Source of the DNA: a virus
Reading direction: 5' to 3' (one strand)
IMG/VR virus record: IMGVR_UViG_3300038426_000075
Span: 1 to 64,000 of that record
Length of the DNA stretch: 64,000 nt
The notes beneath the pieces were generated by a model. It saw nothing but the letters and a program-made list of their open reading frames with translations, was not told where the DNA came from and made no database searches. Numbering within the stretch: position 1 is the first letter of the stretch; each line of letters opens with the position of its first letter. The position numbers were made by a program, and so were the translations under genes. Shown here one piece after another: positions 37,973-47,583 of the stretch.

Positions 37973-38902
37973 CTATCGCTTTCTATGTGTTATCGGATCA
38001 ACCATTGCCCTGAATGATTCCAGGTCAAAGTCGGCTCCATCAAGGTTTCTTATCACGAAGGACATAAATCTGTTCTTCAATCCCCGTGGAAATTTGACCC
38101 TTTCTTCCCCGGAAAAAGTCCCATTTGTATTCAGGACCCTTGTTATCGGATCTATCCTTCCCTCATCAAGGATAAGTTGTATGGAAATTGGCCCCCCTCT
38201 TTTTACGATCCATCCTTCTCGAAGTCGCTTTATGACATCCCTCCACAAATCCTCAGTCCCAGTTTGGATTGCGCTATCAATCCTGACCCCGGCATCATCA
38301 TCTCCATCCAAAAGAAAAACCCCTTGCTCGGAAGCCCCAATGTAAATACCGAGTCCATGGTAATCGCAGAATGAGTTGAATGGATAATTGCTGTACTCAG
38401 TCGTTCCAAAATGGCTCAGATTTACAGCGAATCCCTTTCGAATCGGAACGAATGCCGGCAGCACTCTGATCTCAAGCCATGGGTCAATAAATGGGATATC
38501 TAAGGCAAAGGCCAACTGGTTTTGATGGCCAATGGTAAGAACAAGCCCCAATGCGGGAATTTCAATTGCTCCACTAAGTACCCCACCGGATATCAAGGTT
38601 CCAGATAATTGAAGGGCAGGGATTCGGAGTGCGGCATCAATCTCATTACGAGGAGCAATCCTAAGAGAAAGTTCTACTGCCGGCATGGGGAGAGAAGCAG
38701 ATAGCTTCCCCCCGCTTTTGATGGTTGCAGAGACCTCCAGGGCAGGGACTTCAAGTGGAAAGTCGAGTACCGCCCCCTGAGAGATGCTGGCACTCAGTTC
38801 GAGAGCAGGGATCCCTAAGCTGGCCGAGAGTGTACCCGCACTGATAACAAGCTCGGTCTCCAGGACAGGGATCTCAAGTGCAAACCACAGGTTATTTGAC
38901 AT
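37973..38902 (-). CDS. Tail protein with 21-aa N-terminal repeats
   Basis: About seven L.[IVM]P.[LV].[LV] repeats, then globular C-terminal domain. Confidence 0.65.
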   Translation of the reverse strand: MSNNLWFALEIPVLETELVISAGTLSASLGIPALELSASISQGAVLDFPLEVPALEVSATIKSGGKLSASLPMPAVELSLRIAPRNEIDAALRIPALQLSGTLISGGVLSGAIEIPALGLVLTIGHQNQLAFALDIPFIDPWLEIRVLPAFVPIRKGFAVNLSHFGTTEYSNYPFNSFCDYHGLGIYIGASEQGVFLLDGDDDAGVRIDSAIQTGTEDLWRDVIKRLREGWIVKRGGPISIQLILDEGRIDPITRVLNTNGTFSGEERVKFPRGLKNRFMSFVIRNLDGADFDLESFRAMVDPITHRKR

Positions 38903-38911
38903 TTACCCACC

Positions 38912-39706
38912 TTATGTCTTGGAAGTGGGCAGCGTCAAAGAAAATGAAAGAACGACTGAAACGGCCGCAGCGGTAATCGATGCCGGATCAATTGTTGCGT
39001 CTCCACCCACAGCAGCAAGCGTCCCCTGAACCCGTTTAAAAACATAGGTGGAATCAAGAGCTCCAACATCGTCTGGCGTACATAAGGTGAAGTATCCCGC
39101 GACGCCAGAGGCCAGATTGCTCAAGCATTCCCAAGTATCTCCGGCTGGTTTTGAAATTACGCCCGCAACCGGTGGACCGAATTGGAGGGTATTAACTCTG
39201 GCTACCGAAGTCTTTGCCGTATAGGTAACTGCCTGATCTCCCGCCCCCCCCGAATTATCCAGGGTAAGTGCTAAACCTGCTATCCTGTTTTGCACCCAAA
39301 TAGCAGGTGTAGTCGGATCGCAAATAGCTTGGAGCTGAGGAATATCATTTAACATTCTGGCGACGTGGAGGTTAATCAAGGTTTCATTTCCGGTATCTGC
39401 TGCCGGGATTATATAGGTGTAAGTTGTCGCTACCCCCTCCACCGTTACGGTGACTTTGACTGTCTTCCCTGTAGTTCCACCCGCCGCAATTGTCAGCAAA
39501 TAGGATCTCGCCGTTGATCGATCCGTTGTGGCAACGGCACCCCCAGAGAGGGTGTACCTTGCCAATTTTGTTCCGATCCGTGCATCCTCGGGATTGGTAG
39601 GCGGATTCCCGTCATACACATCGAGCACGAAGTCCTCGAGGTCTTCCCTTACTCCCCTCCCTCCCATGATTGAATTCAACAAAGCCTGCGAATATTTTAC
39701 TGTCAT
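38912..39706 (-). CDS. Tail/fibre structural protein
   Basis: Beta-rich; ASGVAGYF...RVQG...FSLTLP. Confidence 0.6.
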   Translation of the reverse strand: MTVKYSQALLNSIMGGRGVREDLEDFVLDVYDGNPPTNPEDARIGTKLARYTLSGGAVATTDRSTARSYLLTIAAGGTTGKTVKVTVTVEGVATTYTYIIPAADTGNETLINLHVARMLNDIPQLQAICDPTTPAIWVQNRIAGLALTLDNSGGAGDQAVTYTAKTSVARVNTLQFGPPVAGVISKPAGDTWECLSNLASGVAGYFTLCTPDDVGALDSTYVFKRVQGTLAAVGGDATIDPASITAAAVSVVLSFSLTLPTSKT

Positions 39707-39734
39707 CTGTGTCCTCCTTTACGCAAATGCGTAT

Positions 39735-40736
39735 TTAAGCTGTGGTTATATGCCCACTAACCTCTATTGCCGGAATTCCTAATGCTGCCTCAATCCCACC
39801 ATAGCCGGGCATTAGATCGTAGGTTCCCAGAAACTGCCGAATCTTTACCTGATTCTTAAGGATCCGGTAAAGAACTATCACTCTTCCTCTTGCCGCTCCA
39901 TCTATCCAGAAATGGTCTGCCGTAACTCTATTGACCTGCCCACCCGGAAGTCCCATGTAGCAACCGTCTTGCGTAGCCCAGAGCACGATCTTCTCTGTCC
40001 GTCCACCGATAAGGGCCGTTCCGGATGTCTGGTGTACGATTGAGATTGCCGTTCCCTCGATGGCCGGAAAATCGCATACATCGGTATAATTGAATTTAGG
40101 CGGATCTCCCGCACCTCCCCCAAGGAATCCGCACTTCTTGGTATCACTCACATAAAGGCCATCTTTAACCGCCTTCAACATCCTTCCCCTTCCTACGAAC
40201 GAGACGAAATTATGCCTTGTATCTCTGACCCATGGCTCCGTGGCATCTGAATAGAGGAGAAGACCGTTCTGAAACACCCAGAGGCGGGAGTCCCAATACT
40301 CCATCAGGTGCCCAGCCACCATTCTGGCTTTGAATTCCTGGTCAACTTCTGGAATACCATGAGCCACATGTTCTCTGATGTATCCAAATTTCTCGACGTT
40401 CGAGAAAAATACCATGTCCCCAACGTCCTGAAAAATCATCTCAATATCACCCACATTTGAAAGAATGGTAGTGTAGGTGAAGGTCATGGTGTTAAAATTT
40501 AGAGTCGCTTCTTTAAGATCTCCCGCCTGCACACAAAGGGTAATGTCGGCATTGGACCACATACTGTGGGTGCTCTCATCATCAAGTAACGTCCTTCCTC
40601 TCCGTCGATGGAGTTTCTTGTCATTATCGGAATCGATGTTCATGGCATACGGCACATAGCCAGCCGGGATCCTGGTTGGATCCCGCTTCTTCGAAACACC
40701 CACAATGTTTTTATATTCAAAATTTGGCTGAGGCAT
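39735..40736 (-). CDS. Tail nozzle/stabilisation-like protein
   Basis: AMNIDSD...LHRRRG N-terminus, beta-propeller-like; follows adaptor. Confidence 0.6.
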   Translation of the reverse strand: MPQPNFEYKNIVGVSKKRDPTRIPAGYVPYAMNIDSDNDKKLHRRRGRTLLDDESTHSMWSNADITLCVQAGDLKEATLNFNTMTFTYTTILSNVGDIEMIFQDVGDMVFFSNVEKFGYIREHVAHGIPEVDQEFKARMVAGHLMEYWDSRLWVFQNGLLLYSDATEPWVRDTRHNFVSFVGRGRMLKAVKDGLYVSDTKKCGFLGGGAGDPPKFNYTDVCDFPAIEGTAISIVHQTSGTALIGGRTEKIVLWATQDGCYMGLPGGQVNRVTADHFWIDGAARGRVIVLYRILKNQVKIRQFLGTYDLMPGYGGIEAALGIPAIEVSGHITTA

Positions 40737-40745
40737 CGTCTATCC

Positions 40746-41723
40746 CTAATAACTCTTCCAGATTCCAGATCTACCGGACCTGACTTGTCTTTCCGATCGA
40801 TCCAAGAAGATCAGGTCTTTCTTGACCTTCGCCTTTAAAATCTCAAAACGTTTACCATTTTTATCCGATGATGCCGGATCAAGGGTCTGTGTATCTTCTT
40901 TTAGGAAAGCCTCCCTGCCTATTCCATAGATCAATTCCCGGTGATACATTGCCTTGATTTCCGGGGCCACCGGAGGATTCGCAGTGATATCAGCAGTGGT
41001 GAATGGAGCCAGGGGTAAGCGATTGACCACCGTAATAAGGGTGTTACAGACCTTCCGAAGCGTAGCACTCGTCAGGAATTCATCGGACAAAGCTTGGTTG
41101 ACGGTGATCTCGGATGCGGTGAGCGAAGCGACCGTTACATAACCATTGTTTTTGACCGTCCCGGAAATATTGATCTCATCCCCTACGTCATAGTGGGTCG
41201 TGAAGTTCCATGGATTTCCGTCTTCATCCACTCCAGTTATTGAAATCTGACTCGTTGCTGCCGTAAATGAAATGCTCGAAACCCCTACTACCTCTCCCTT
41301 TCTGTGGTATTTTGGATATATATAAAAATAGCCCTTTCCACATTCTGGAATGTACCGCCGAGGACCATGCCATTCCCCTTCGTGATGATGCTCTTCCCTC
41401 CAATTCCTGTGCCATTGGTCCATATAGGCCTCGGAGGTTCTTATGAGGGTTCGGGGATGACCTGGATGATGATGTAAGAGATAGGCACCTTCTTTGATGT
41501 TGAGCACTAGGTCATCCGTGGTATATAGACCCATGTTACTAAGTAACTTATACTGAGTAAGAGAAACTGTAGATCGATCCTCCACAAGTAATGTTTCTCT
41601 GTATAACTCTTCGGTAATAATATTCAGATAATGGATAATCTCATCGTTTCCCCACAAAAAGGGCTCAATTGTATCGTCAAGGACCGTGCTTCGCGTGAGG
41701 TTAATTATTTCACCGACATTCAT
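40746..41723 (-). CDS. Head-tail adaptor protein
   Basis: MNVGEIINLTR..LDD...FLWGNDEIIHYLN...PEI..YHRELIYG. Confidence 0.75.
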   Translation of the reverse strand: MNVGEIINLTRSTVLDDTIEPFLWGNDEIIHYLNIITEELYRETLLVEDRSTVSLTQYKLLSNMGLYTTDDLVLNIKEGAYLLHHHPGHPRTLIRTSEAYMDQWHRNWREEHHHEGEWHGPRRYIPECGKGYFYIYPKYHRKGEVVGVSSISFTAATSQISITGVDEDGNPWNFTTHYDVGDEINISGTVKNNGYVTVASLTASEITVNQALSDEFLTSATLRKVCNTLITVVNRLPLAPFTTADITANPPVAPEIKAMYHRELIYGIGREAFLKEDTQTLDPASSDKNGKRFEILKAKVKKDLIFLDRSERQVRSGRSGIWKSY

Positions 41724-41734
41724 GACTTTTCCCC

Positions 41735-41763
41735 TTGACAAACATATTACGCGATTGCATACT
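41735..41763 (+). promoter_or_regulatory. Sigma70-type promoter for antisense HNH gene
   Basis: TTGACA-17 nt-CATACT. Confidence 0.7.
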
Positions 41764-41778
41764 AAGAGAAAAACCAAA

Positions 41779-42375
41779 ATGCTTAAGCCTCCGAACTGGA
41801 CAGAAGCTGAGAAAGAAATCCTTCGTAGATATTTCCCTACGGAATCCAAAGAATATCTTTCTTCCATACTTCATAGAAACTTCGCGGCTATCGAGCGAAA
41901 AGCCAACTATTTGGGCATCAGAAGGTATCACCCTGAGAGCAGATTTGATAGTTTTTGGACTCCTGAACCCAATACTGGCTGCCGGCTGTGGACGGGGTCT
42001 GTAAATAGAAAAGGATATGGGCAAATTAGCAATCAAAGACCTGTTCTTGCTCATCGAGTATCGTGGGAACTGTATATAGGTCCTATTCCAAATGGTCTTT
42101 GCGTACTTCATAAATGTGACATCCCCTCTTGCGTAAACCATCGCCATCTTTTTCTTGGCACCCAACAGGATAACTCGGATGATTGTTGCAAGAAAAAGAG
42201 ACAACTCTTTGGGGAACAAAAACCTGGGGCAAAACTGTCCGATGCCGCCGTAATAGCTATCAGACAGGATTCGAGAACTCAAAGAGAGATAGCTAAATCC
42301 TTTGGCGTATCCCAAAGTGCAATCGCTCAATCTAAAATTGGAAAAACTTGGAAACATGTCACTAACCCTTCCTAA
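41779..42375 (+). CDS. HNH endonuclease, inverted within late operon
   Basis: GCRLWTG...GYG...LAHRVSWE...VLHKCDIPSCVNHRHLFLGTQQDN. Confidence 0.9.
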   Translation: MLKPPNWTEAEKEILRRYFPTESKEYLSSILHRNFAAIERKANYLGIRRYHPESRFDSFWTPEPNTGCRLWTGSVNRKGYGQISNQRPVLAHRVSWELYIGPIPNGLCVLHKCDIPSCVNHRHLFLGTQQDNSDDCCKKKRQLFGEQKPGAKLSDAAVIAIRQDSRTQREIAKSFGVSQSAIAQSKIGKTWKHVTNPS

Positions 42376-42723
42376 CTATTTCAGTTCGCCTTTTTTGGCC
42401 TTCTCGATAGAACCAATGAGGCTATCGTTTTTCTTAGGAGATTTGGTCTGGACTCCGACCTTCTGAAGTTGGACTTCGACACTAAACTGATTCTTGTCTC
42501 CCTGTCTGTCCACCTTTCTGACCTCCATCACTTCACCAATCCCAGAAATATCGACCTTCTCACCTATCTTGACCTTTTCCATCTGTGGAAATTTACCAAT
42601 CAGATCGGTATTAAAGTTAAGCCTAAACCCATAAGGATATTTCTCATCCAAAAGACTGGGTTGACTGTCTTTCTTCAATTCTGCCTTGCTCTTCTTAGGG
42701 ATTTTAAGATCAATTAAATTCAC
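42376..42723 (-). CDS. Small head-associated (capsid staple-like) protein
   Basis: YPYGFRLNF...VEVQLQKV; position downstream of capsid. Confidence 0.6.
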   Translation of the reverse strand: MNLIDLKIPKKSKAELKKDSQPSLLDEKYPYGFRLNFNTDLIGKFPQMEKVKIGEKVDISGIGEVMEVRKVDRQGDKNQFSVEVQLQKVGVQTKSPKKNDSLIGSIEKAKKGELK

Positions 42724-42738
42724 GTTATTCGCCTCCTT

Positions 42739-42894
42739 TCAATCCTCGTTCTCGAATGTATAGCCGCAAAAAGGGCAGCGGCCGTGGAATGTTTCATCCG
42801 GCAAAAAGATCTGTCCGCACTTTCTGCAATGGATCACATAACTATTCCCCGGGTTGGGATCAATAGACCCTTCGCTTACGGTTTGATCAGCCAT
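42739..42894 (-). CDS. Small Zn-ribbon protein
   Basis: CRKCG...CPFCG, 51 aa. Confidence 0.5.
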   Translation of the reverse strand: MADQTVSEGSIDPNPGNSYVIHCRKCGQIFLPDETFHGRCPFCGYTFENED

Positions 42895-43016
42895 ACCTAA
42901 TCCTCCTTAACGTGCCCACAGACCTTACACACCTTAAAGATTCTCCGGCCCTTCTTCACCTTTCTCCAACTGCATTCTCCACAGGATGGGCATTTATCTG
43001 AAGATTTTATAGTCCC

Positions 43017-43517
43017 TTACCCCATAATCCCCATCTGCGAGAGAACACTTGGTTCCTTCTCCGTTTTAGGTCTCCCGGTGCGTTTCGACGCCTTGTTATC
43101 CTTCGGCTGCTCGGCCTTTCCGGTTACCGCCTCAGTCTTCTCAACTGGCTCGGGCGCCTCATCTTCCATCGCCTCGGCTTGCGCCTGCAGGGACCTGATT
43201 TCGGCCAGCAATTCTGCCTTGGTCATCTTCTTGCCGGCAGCCGGTGGTGCTGGATGATCGGGGGGCAATACTTCTTCCTCGAACTCCGGCCCTCCGAATC
43301 TCTGATCCCACCATGCGAGAGCCTTTTGCCTCTGTGGATCGGGCAGAGATTCCAAGAGGGATTTGTCTTTTACAGGTTCCCCATTGGGAAGGATGTAATT
43401 TCCATCCATCGTCTCAAAGAAATTTCCCTGTTCTGTCGTAAAATTATGGCGCGTATAGACCTCCACTCCGTTCAAAACCTTTCTCGATCCTTCCGGTACT
43501 GTTTGGTTCGGTAACAT
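43017..43517 (-). CDS. Hypothetical head-region protein
   Basis: ORF with SD. Confidence 0.6.
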   Translation of the reverse strand: MLPNQTVPEGSRKVLNGVEVYTRHNFTTEQGNFFETMDGNYILPNGEPVKDKSLLESLPDPQRQKALAWWDQRFGGPEFEEEVLPPDHPAPPAAGKKMTKAELLAEIRSLQAQAEAMEDEAPEPVEKTEAVTGKAEQPKDNKASKRTGRPKTEKEPSVLSQMGIMG

Positions 43518-43545
43518 AAAGACTCTCCTTTCTGTTTTGATTTTG

Positions 43546-43573
43546 AAAAAGGTGGGGGCCCGAAGCCCCCACC
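43546..43573 (-). terminator. Rho-independent terminator
   Basis: GGTGGGGGC-TTCGG-GCCCCCACC followed by T5. Confidence 0.8.
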
Positions 43574-43595
43574 CTGAAAGTTAAACGTTAAAAGG

Positions 43596-44585
43596 TTAGC
43601 CGGTTAAAGCAACCCATCTTCCACCAGTGCCTGCCCCAGGAACATCATTACCAAAGAGAAGGCCACTGTCGGATGTTTCCAGACCCGTCACTCCCTGAAC
43701 GACAGAGTTCTTTAAGAGAACCTTGCCAACACCTCCCGTTGTGACAATGGTAAAAGCCTGGGTTAGGTTTGCCCCAAAGTTTTGGAACATACAATCCTCG
43801 AACAGCACGAAACGATCCATGCCATAAGCCGAGATATTCATGAACACGCTGCCTACCCCACCCCACTTATCTATATTGCAGCGCCTGAAAATGTTTCTTG
43901 GGGCAAGAGTCGCAGCTGTCTGAGCACCGCCGTCAAAGTCAATTTGTGCATTGGCCACATTCCCACCTTGTATAGTGTCCACACCAATGACACAATCCTC
44001 GAAAATATTCTCACCCGTTCTGATCACCAATGAACGCATTGCAGCATTACCGGCAGCCAATCCACCCGAGTCTAATCCGGCAGCGATATGACAGTGATTA
44101 AATCTCTGCCTGAGTCCGGTAATCAGCATACAAACTGCCGCATTGGTAATGTGAGCGCCTCCCTGCTGGAATTCTATATTCTGGAAGAAGTTGGCGTTTC
44201 CGCTTACCGTGATCATCGGAGTACATGCAGTAATCACGGTAGCGGGAACAATAATCCTTGCGCGGGGAGAATAAGGGGTTCCCTGATTGGCTCCAATGAC
44301 AAAGCAGTTACTTTTATGCCAGTCAAATACTGTCGTAATGTTATATGTTCCCGGTAGAACTATCAGAGCATCATTCCTCTGATCTTTCATGGCTGTATAG
44401 GCCGTAGGTAAATCATTGAAGATGTGATCACCCGGGACTCTCTGGTTTGCGAGCCAGACGTGATAATTATCTCCAACGACCGTAGGATCACACAGATAGA
44501 ATACATCTCCAATTCCGGGTCCTAACTGGAGAGTGCTCTGAAGCCAAAATCTTAACGATTGGGAAAGATTTCCTAATTTAATCAT
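43596..44585 (-). CDS. Beta-helix (pectin-lyase-like) virion protein
   Basis: IVLPGTY and repeated F..C.[IF] rungs. Confidence 0.65.
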   Translation of the reverse strand: MIKLGNLSQSLRFWLQSTLQLGPGIGDVFYLCDPTVVGDNYHVWLANQRVPGDHIFNDLPTAYTAMKDQRNDALIVLPGTYNITTVFDWHKSNCFVIGANQGTPYSPRARIIVPATVITACTPMITVSGNANFFQNIEFQQGGAHITNAAVCMLITGLRQRFNHCHIAAGLDSGGLAAGNAAMRSLVIRTGENIFEDCVIGVDTIQGGNVANAQIDFDGGAQTAATLAPRNIFRRCNIDKWGGVGSVFMNISAYGMDRFVLFEDCMFQNFGANLTQAFTIVTTGGVGKVLLKNSVVQGVTGLETSDSGLLFGNDVPGAGTGGRWVALTG

Positions 44586-44774
44586 GGTAGTCCTCCATAG
44601 TTTTCCCCTACAGGTGTTGCAATGAATTGCAACCGTAGGATACTGGTTAAATTGTTAAAGAAATGAAGACCTTCGCCATTGCCAATTCTTCTTTGCCGAT
44701 CAATCAAAGGACATAACTGTCCCGATGAGCGTCGAAGAGATGGGGAGAGGAAAATCCCCTCCCCAGTTGATTGT

Positions 44775-45233
44775 TTATGCACTCTGGAGGAAGTTGCTGT
44801 TGTTAGCCTTGACTTCCGGCCTTGGATAAGCCTCGAACCAGGGCCTCCACATCCCGGAGCCTCCACCACTATTAGCGGTGAACACCAATTCATCGCCGGC
44901 ATTGAGCTTTACGGGAGCAACGACTACTACTCCGGCAACTGTGGAGTGACAATTCTTCCAGACAATCTTCCCTAATGGAGTCAGGGTCGGAATGGTGACT
45001 ACAGCCACCGCCGTTGCCGTTGCATCACCCCCAGAGCCTGGAATCAATCTCCTGGTGACGGTAATGATCATAGCACTTGTATCAAGTGTAACCAGGATCT
45101 TGGCCCCGACCGCAAAAAGATCACAGGGCTGATTCACCCTGCAAAGAACCACTGCACTTGCGGCAAAAGTGCCAATATCAGTTGATGCCACTGCTTCGTT
45201 AATCGCTTGAATTTTTGAATCTGTGTAAGCCAT
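44775..45233 (-). CDS. Capsid decoration/cement-like protein
   Basis: Small beta-rich protein directly after major capsid gene. Confidence 0.6.
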   Translation of the reverse strand: MAYTDSKIQAINEAVASTDIGTFAASAVVLCRVNQPCDLFAVGAKILVTLDTSAMIITVTRRLIPGSGGDATATAVAVVTIPTLTPLGKIVWKNCHSTVAGVVVVAPVKLNAGDELVFTANSGGGSGMWRPWFEAYPRPEVKANNSNFLQSA

Positions 45234-45338
45234 TTTTATTACCTCCTTATCTTTTTTGAACTACTTTAAATTCGGGTTGAGAAATAAGATGGGCCATGTT
45301 CGACCCATCCCTACAAGTAATCTCTACGCAGATGCGTA

Positions 45339-46298
45339 TTACGAGCTGGAAATGTAGCAGCCCTTCACTTTTCCAGCTGTTGCGGTCAATGGCCAAACGA
45401 GTCCGAGGCCAAGAACCCCATACCATGCCGCTGAATTTAACCGACCATGATCCTGTCCGAAGTTAACCTGCACTCTGACCTCCGGCGTTTCCGCCTCGAT
45501 CATAGCTGCAAAGTCGTCTCCGAGGATGATCCCTTCACCAAGAACAGAATTCGTCCCCGCGTTATTTTTGAGACAGACAGTGTCCTTGATTTCGATACAC
45601 CGGATACTCTCAATCTTTCCAACCTCGGAGTTATGGAAGACATCCCCTTCACGGAGATATTGCTTCCAAGTTTCAAAGTTGTCGTCATTCTTGACGCCCC
45701 TCATTGCCTTTGTGGCGAGCAATCCAATATAGTCGTCACCCTCGTAAGGATCTACGATATAGGTGTCAGCAAAGGCATCCCTGATCGCTCCCAGATGAGC
45801 GATGTTTACGTTGACAAGGGCTGCTGTAACAATGGTCCCGGTTTCAGTGAAGGTCCCTCCTGTCAGAGAAGTAGGGGTGTATGTCAGGTAGGTGGTCTTC
45901 ATGACGGTTGCCGCAAGTCGGTCCAGGGCCTTTGTCATCTGCTTTCTGAGGGCTTTCTGAATCGGGTCCTGCGGGTCGAATTTGGAAAGCAATTGGGACA
46001 TATGGCTGAATGTCACCGCACGGCCATACTCTGCAACTGTGATCGCCGTGGTGGACAGAGCAAAGTCGTCCACGGGGATCCTGTCGTGCTCCGAAAGAGC
46101 AGCACTTGTGGGCTGGGTCAAAAGATCAGCCCGGGTAAGGGTTTGTGACTCGCCGCGTTTCTTCCCGAAGCCAGGTTCGGTCCTGACGAAATCCATGAAC
46201 TTGGACTCGACAATAGACTGTTCACGAAGCTTCGCACTCAAAGCATTATTCTTGTAGACGCCTGTGGGAGCGCTAAACTCCCAGGTAAAATCTGCCAT
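45339..46298 (-). CDS. Major capsid protein (N4-gp56-like family)
   Basis: GFGKKRGES, LSE...P, ITVAEYGRAV, SEVGKIESIRCIE, DHGR...AAWYG. Confidence 0.88.
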   Translation of the reverse strand: MADFTWEFSAPTGVYKNNALSAKLREQSIVESKFMDFVRTEPGFGKKRGESQTLTRADLLTQPTSAALSEHDRIPVDDFALSTTAITVAEYGRAVTFSHMSQLLSKFDPQDPIQKALRKQMTKALDRLAATVMKTTYLTYTPTSLTGGTFTETGTIVTAALVNVNIAHLGAIRDAFADTYIVDPYEGDDYIGLLATKAMRGVKNDDNFETWKQYLREGDVFHNSEVGKIESIRCIEIKDTVCLKNNAGTNSVLGEGIILGDDFAAMIEAETPEVRVQVNFGQDHGRLNSAAWYGVLGLGLVWPLTATAGKVKGCYISSS

Positions 46299-46312
46299 GG
46301 TTTATTTCCTCC

Positions 46313-47350
46313 TTATGGTGAGTGACGGAGTTTCCTCCTTTCGAGAGCTGCTCGTTGAGCATCGCCCATCGTATGAGAGGCCTCCGGTTCTTTTTTGGTT
46401 GTTACCTTTGAACCGCGCCCAAGGACTTCAAGATTCTCTTGGTTCTCCTTTTCCTTAAGGGCACGTTCCCTTTCCTCGCCTCTGAGTTCATCAACGAAGT
46501 CTTTGCATAACTTGGCGGTCTCTTTGATCTGGTCTTCCATAGGGAGTGATTTTGAGACGTCCGTTGAGAAGTCCCAGAACAGTCGAAGAATACGTTCCTT
46601 CTCCTTCGGACTGGTCTTGTCAGAAATCAAGCCAGCCTCTTCCAAGGCGGTATCGACTGCGGATATAACGGCCTCCTTGTTTCTCTTGGCTTCTTCACGC
46701 TCCTCGAATGCGAGATTGGCAATCTCGGTTTGTGCCTCGGCCCAAACAAGGGCTACCTTTCCGTTATATTCCCCCATCTTCTTCTGGTAGTCGGCCCACT
46801 TGGTATCAAACTCCGGATCGTCTCGATCCTGTGGTGGCACGGGAGATGGTATGGCCGCGGCCTTGGCAATGGTATCATCGGCAACCTTCTGGCGTTTCAC
46901 ACTCCATGGGTTTTCGGCAGCGGCTGTGACCGGGGCTTTACTGGCGGCTTCGTCCACGCGCTTTTGAAGATCTGAAACAACGGTTTCCAGCTTCTTAGCC
47001 TTTGTGGTAGCCTCCGTCATCTTCTTTTTGGCCTCTTTGACAGCCTTCTCAGCAGCTGCTTGGTCCTTGTACTCAAGGCGGGCCTCTTCTTCTTCCTTTT
47101 CCTTACCCTCACCCTCGACCTTCTTCAGCTCTTCAGCCGCTCGATCCTCTTCAGCCTTCTTCTGCCTTGCCTTTTTTTCCTCCACTTCCTTTTCGACCGC
47201 TTCGGCACCTATTGCTCCGTGCTCGGGAGATCCCTCAAACTTGGCTTTGGACGAATCCTCACCGGGGTCCGCGCCAATCGGGGTATTCCCTTCGTCGGGG
47301 TCAAAATCGTCATCCAGATTCAAATCTTTTGCCGTCAATGTCTTTGCCAT
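46313..47350 (-). CDS. Scaffolding protein
   Basis: Acidic coiled-coil protein directly upstream of capsid; start MAKTL at 47350. Confidence 0.75.
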   Translation of the reverse strand: MAKTLTAKDLNLDDDFDPDEGNTPIGADPGEDSSKAKFEGSPEHGAIGAEAVEKEVEEKKARQKKAEEDRAAEELKKVEGEGKEKEEEEARLEYKDQAAAEKAVKEAKKKMTEATTKAKKLETVVSDLQKRVDEAASKAPVTAAAENPWSVKRQKVADDTIAKAAAIPSPVPPQDRDDPEFDTKWADYQKKMGEYNGKVALVWAEAQTEIANLAFEEREEAKRNKEAVISAVDTALEEAGLISDKTSPKEKERILRLFWDFSTDVSKSLPMEDQIKETAKLCKDFVDELRGEERERALKEKENQENLEVLGRGSKVTTKKEPEASHTMGDAQRAALERRKLRHSP

Positions 47351-47583
47351 CGTTTTCACTCTCTCCGAGAGTCCATTTCTGGGTCGGAGTCCTTTCTTGT
47401 ATTTCCAAGTGCGAATCCTTGTACGCATTTGCGTATTCAGGGGCACTGTGGATGCTGTGTAGGCAACAAAAAAGGCGGTCAGACATGAGTGTCGTGGCAC
47501 CCACGAATGCCGCCTTTTTCCAGAATATCTGCCCACTAAGTGATCAACTTAGTGAGGTTGCTTTTATTATTTCCTATTCAAAT

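Noticed and set aside
41710-42357. 215-aa - strand ORF
   Set aside because: Antisense shadow of a clear HNH gene; the same applies to most + strand ORFs over the early and late operons (e.g. 45447-46148, 56148-56852)
42897-43019. Stop-codon readthrough into an in-frame Zn-ribbon (CPSC...CKVC) after the 43017 gene
   Set aside because: Single TAA case with no supporting signal; a non-ATG start or decay explains it equally well
44722-44737. Hammerhead-like CCGATGAG...CGAAG
   Set aside because: Deviates from the CUGANGA/GAAA core, has no real stem II, and lies on the non-coding strand
46313-47536. Long N-terminal extensions in the ORF track (also 7560-8420, 16383-16772, 18230-18577, 40746-41867, 49572-50033)
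   Set aside because: Downstream starts have SD sequences or family-typical N-termini; extensions overlap other genes or RNA structures
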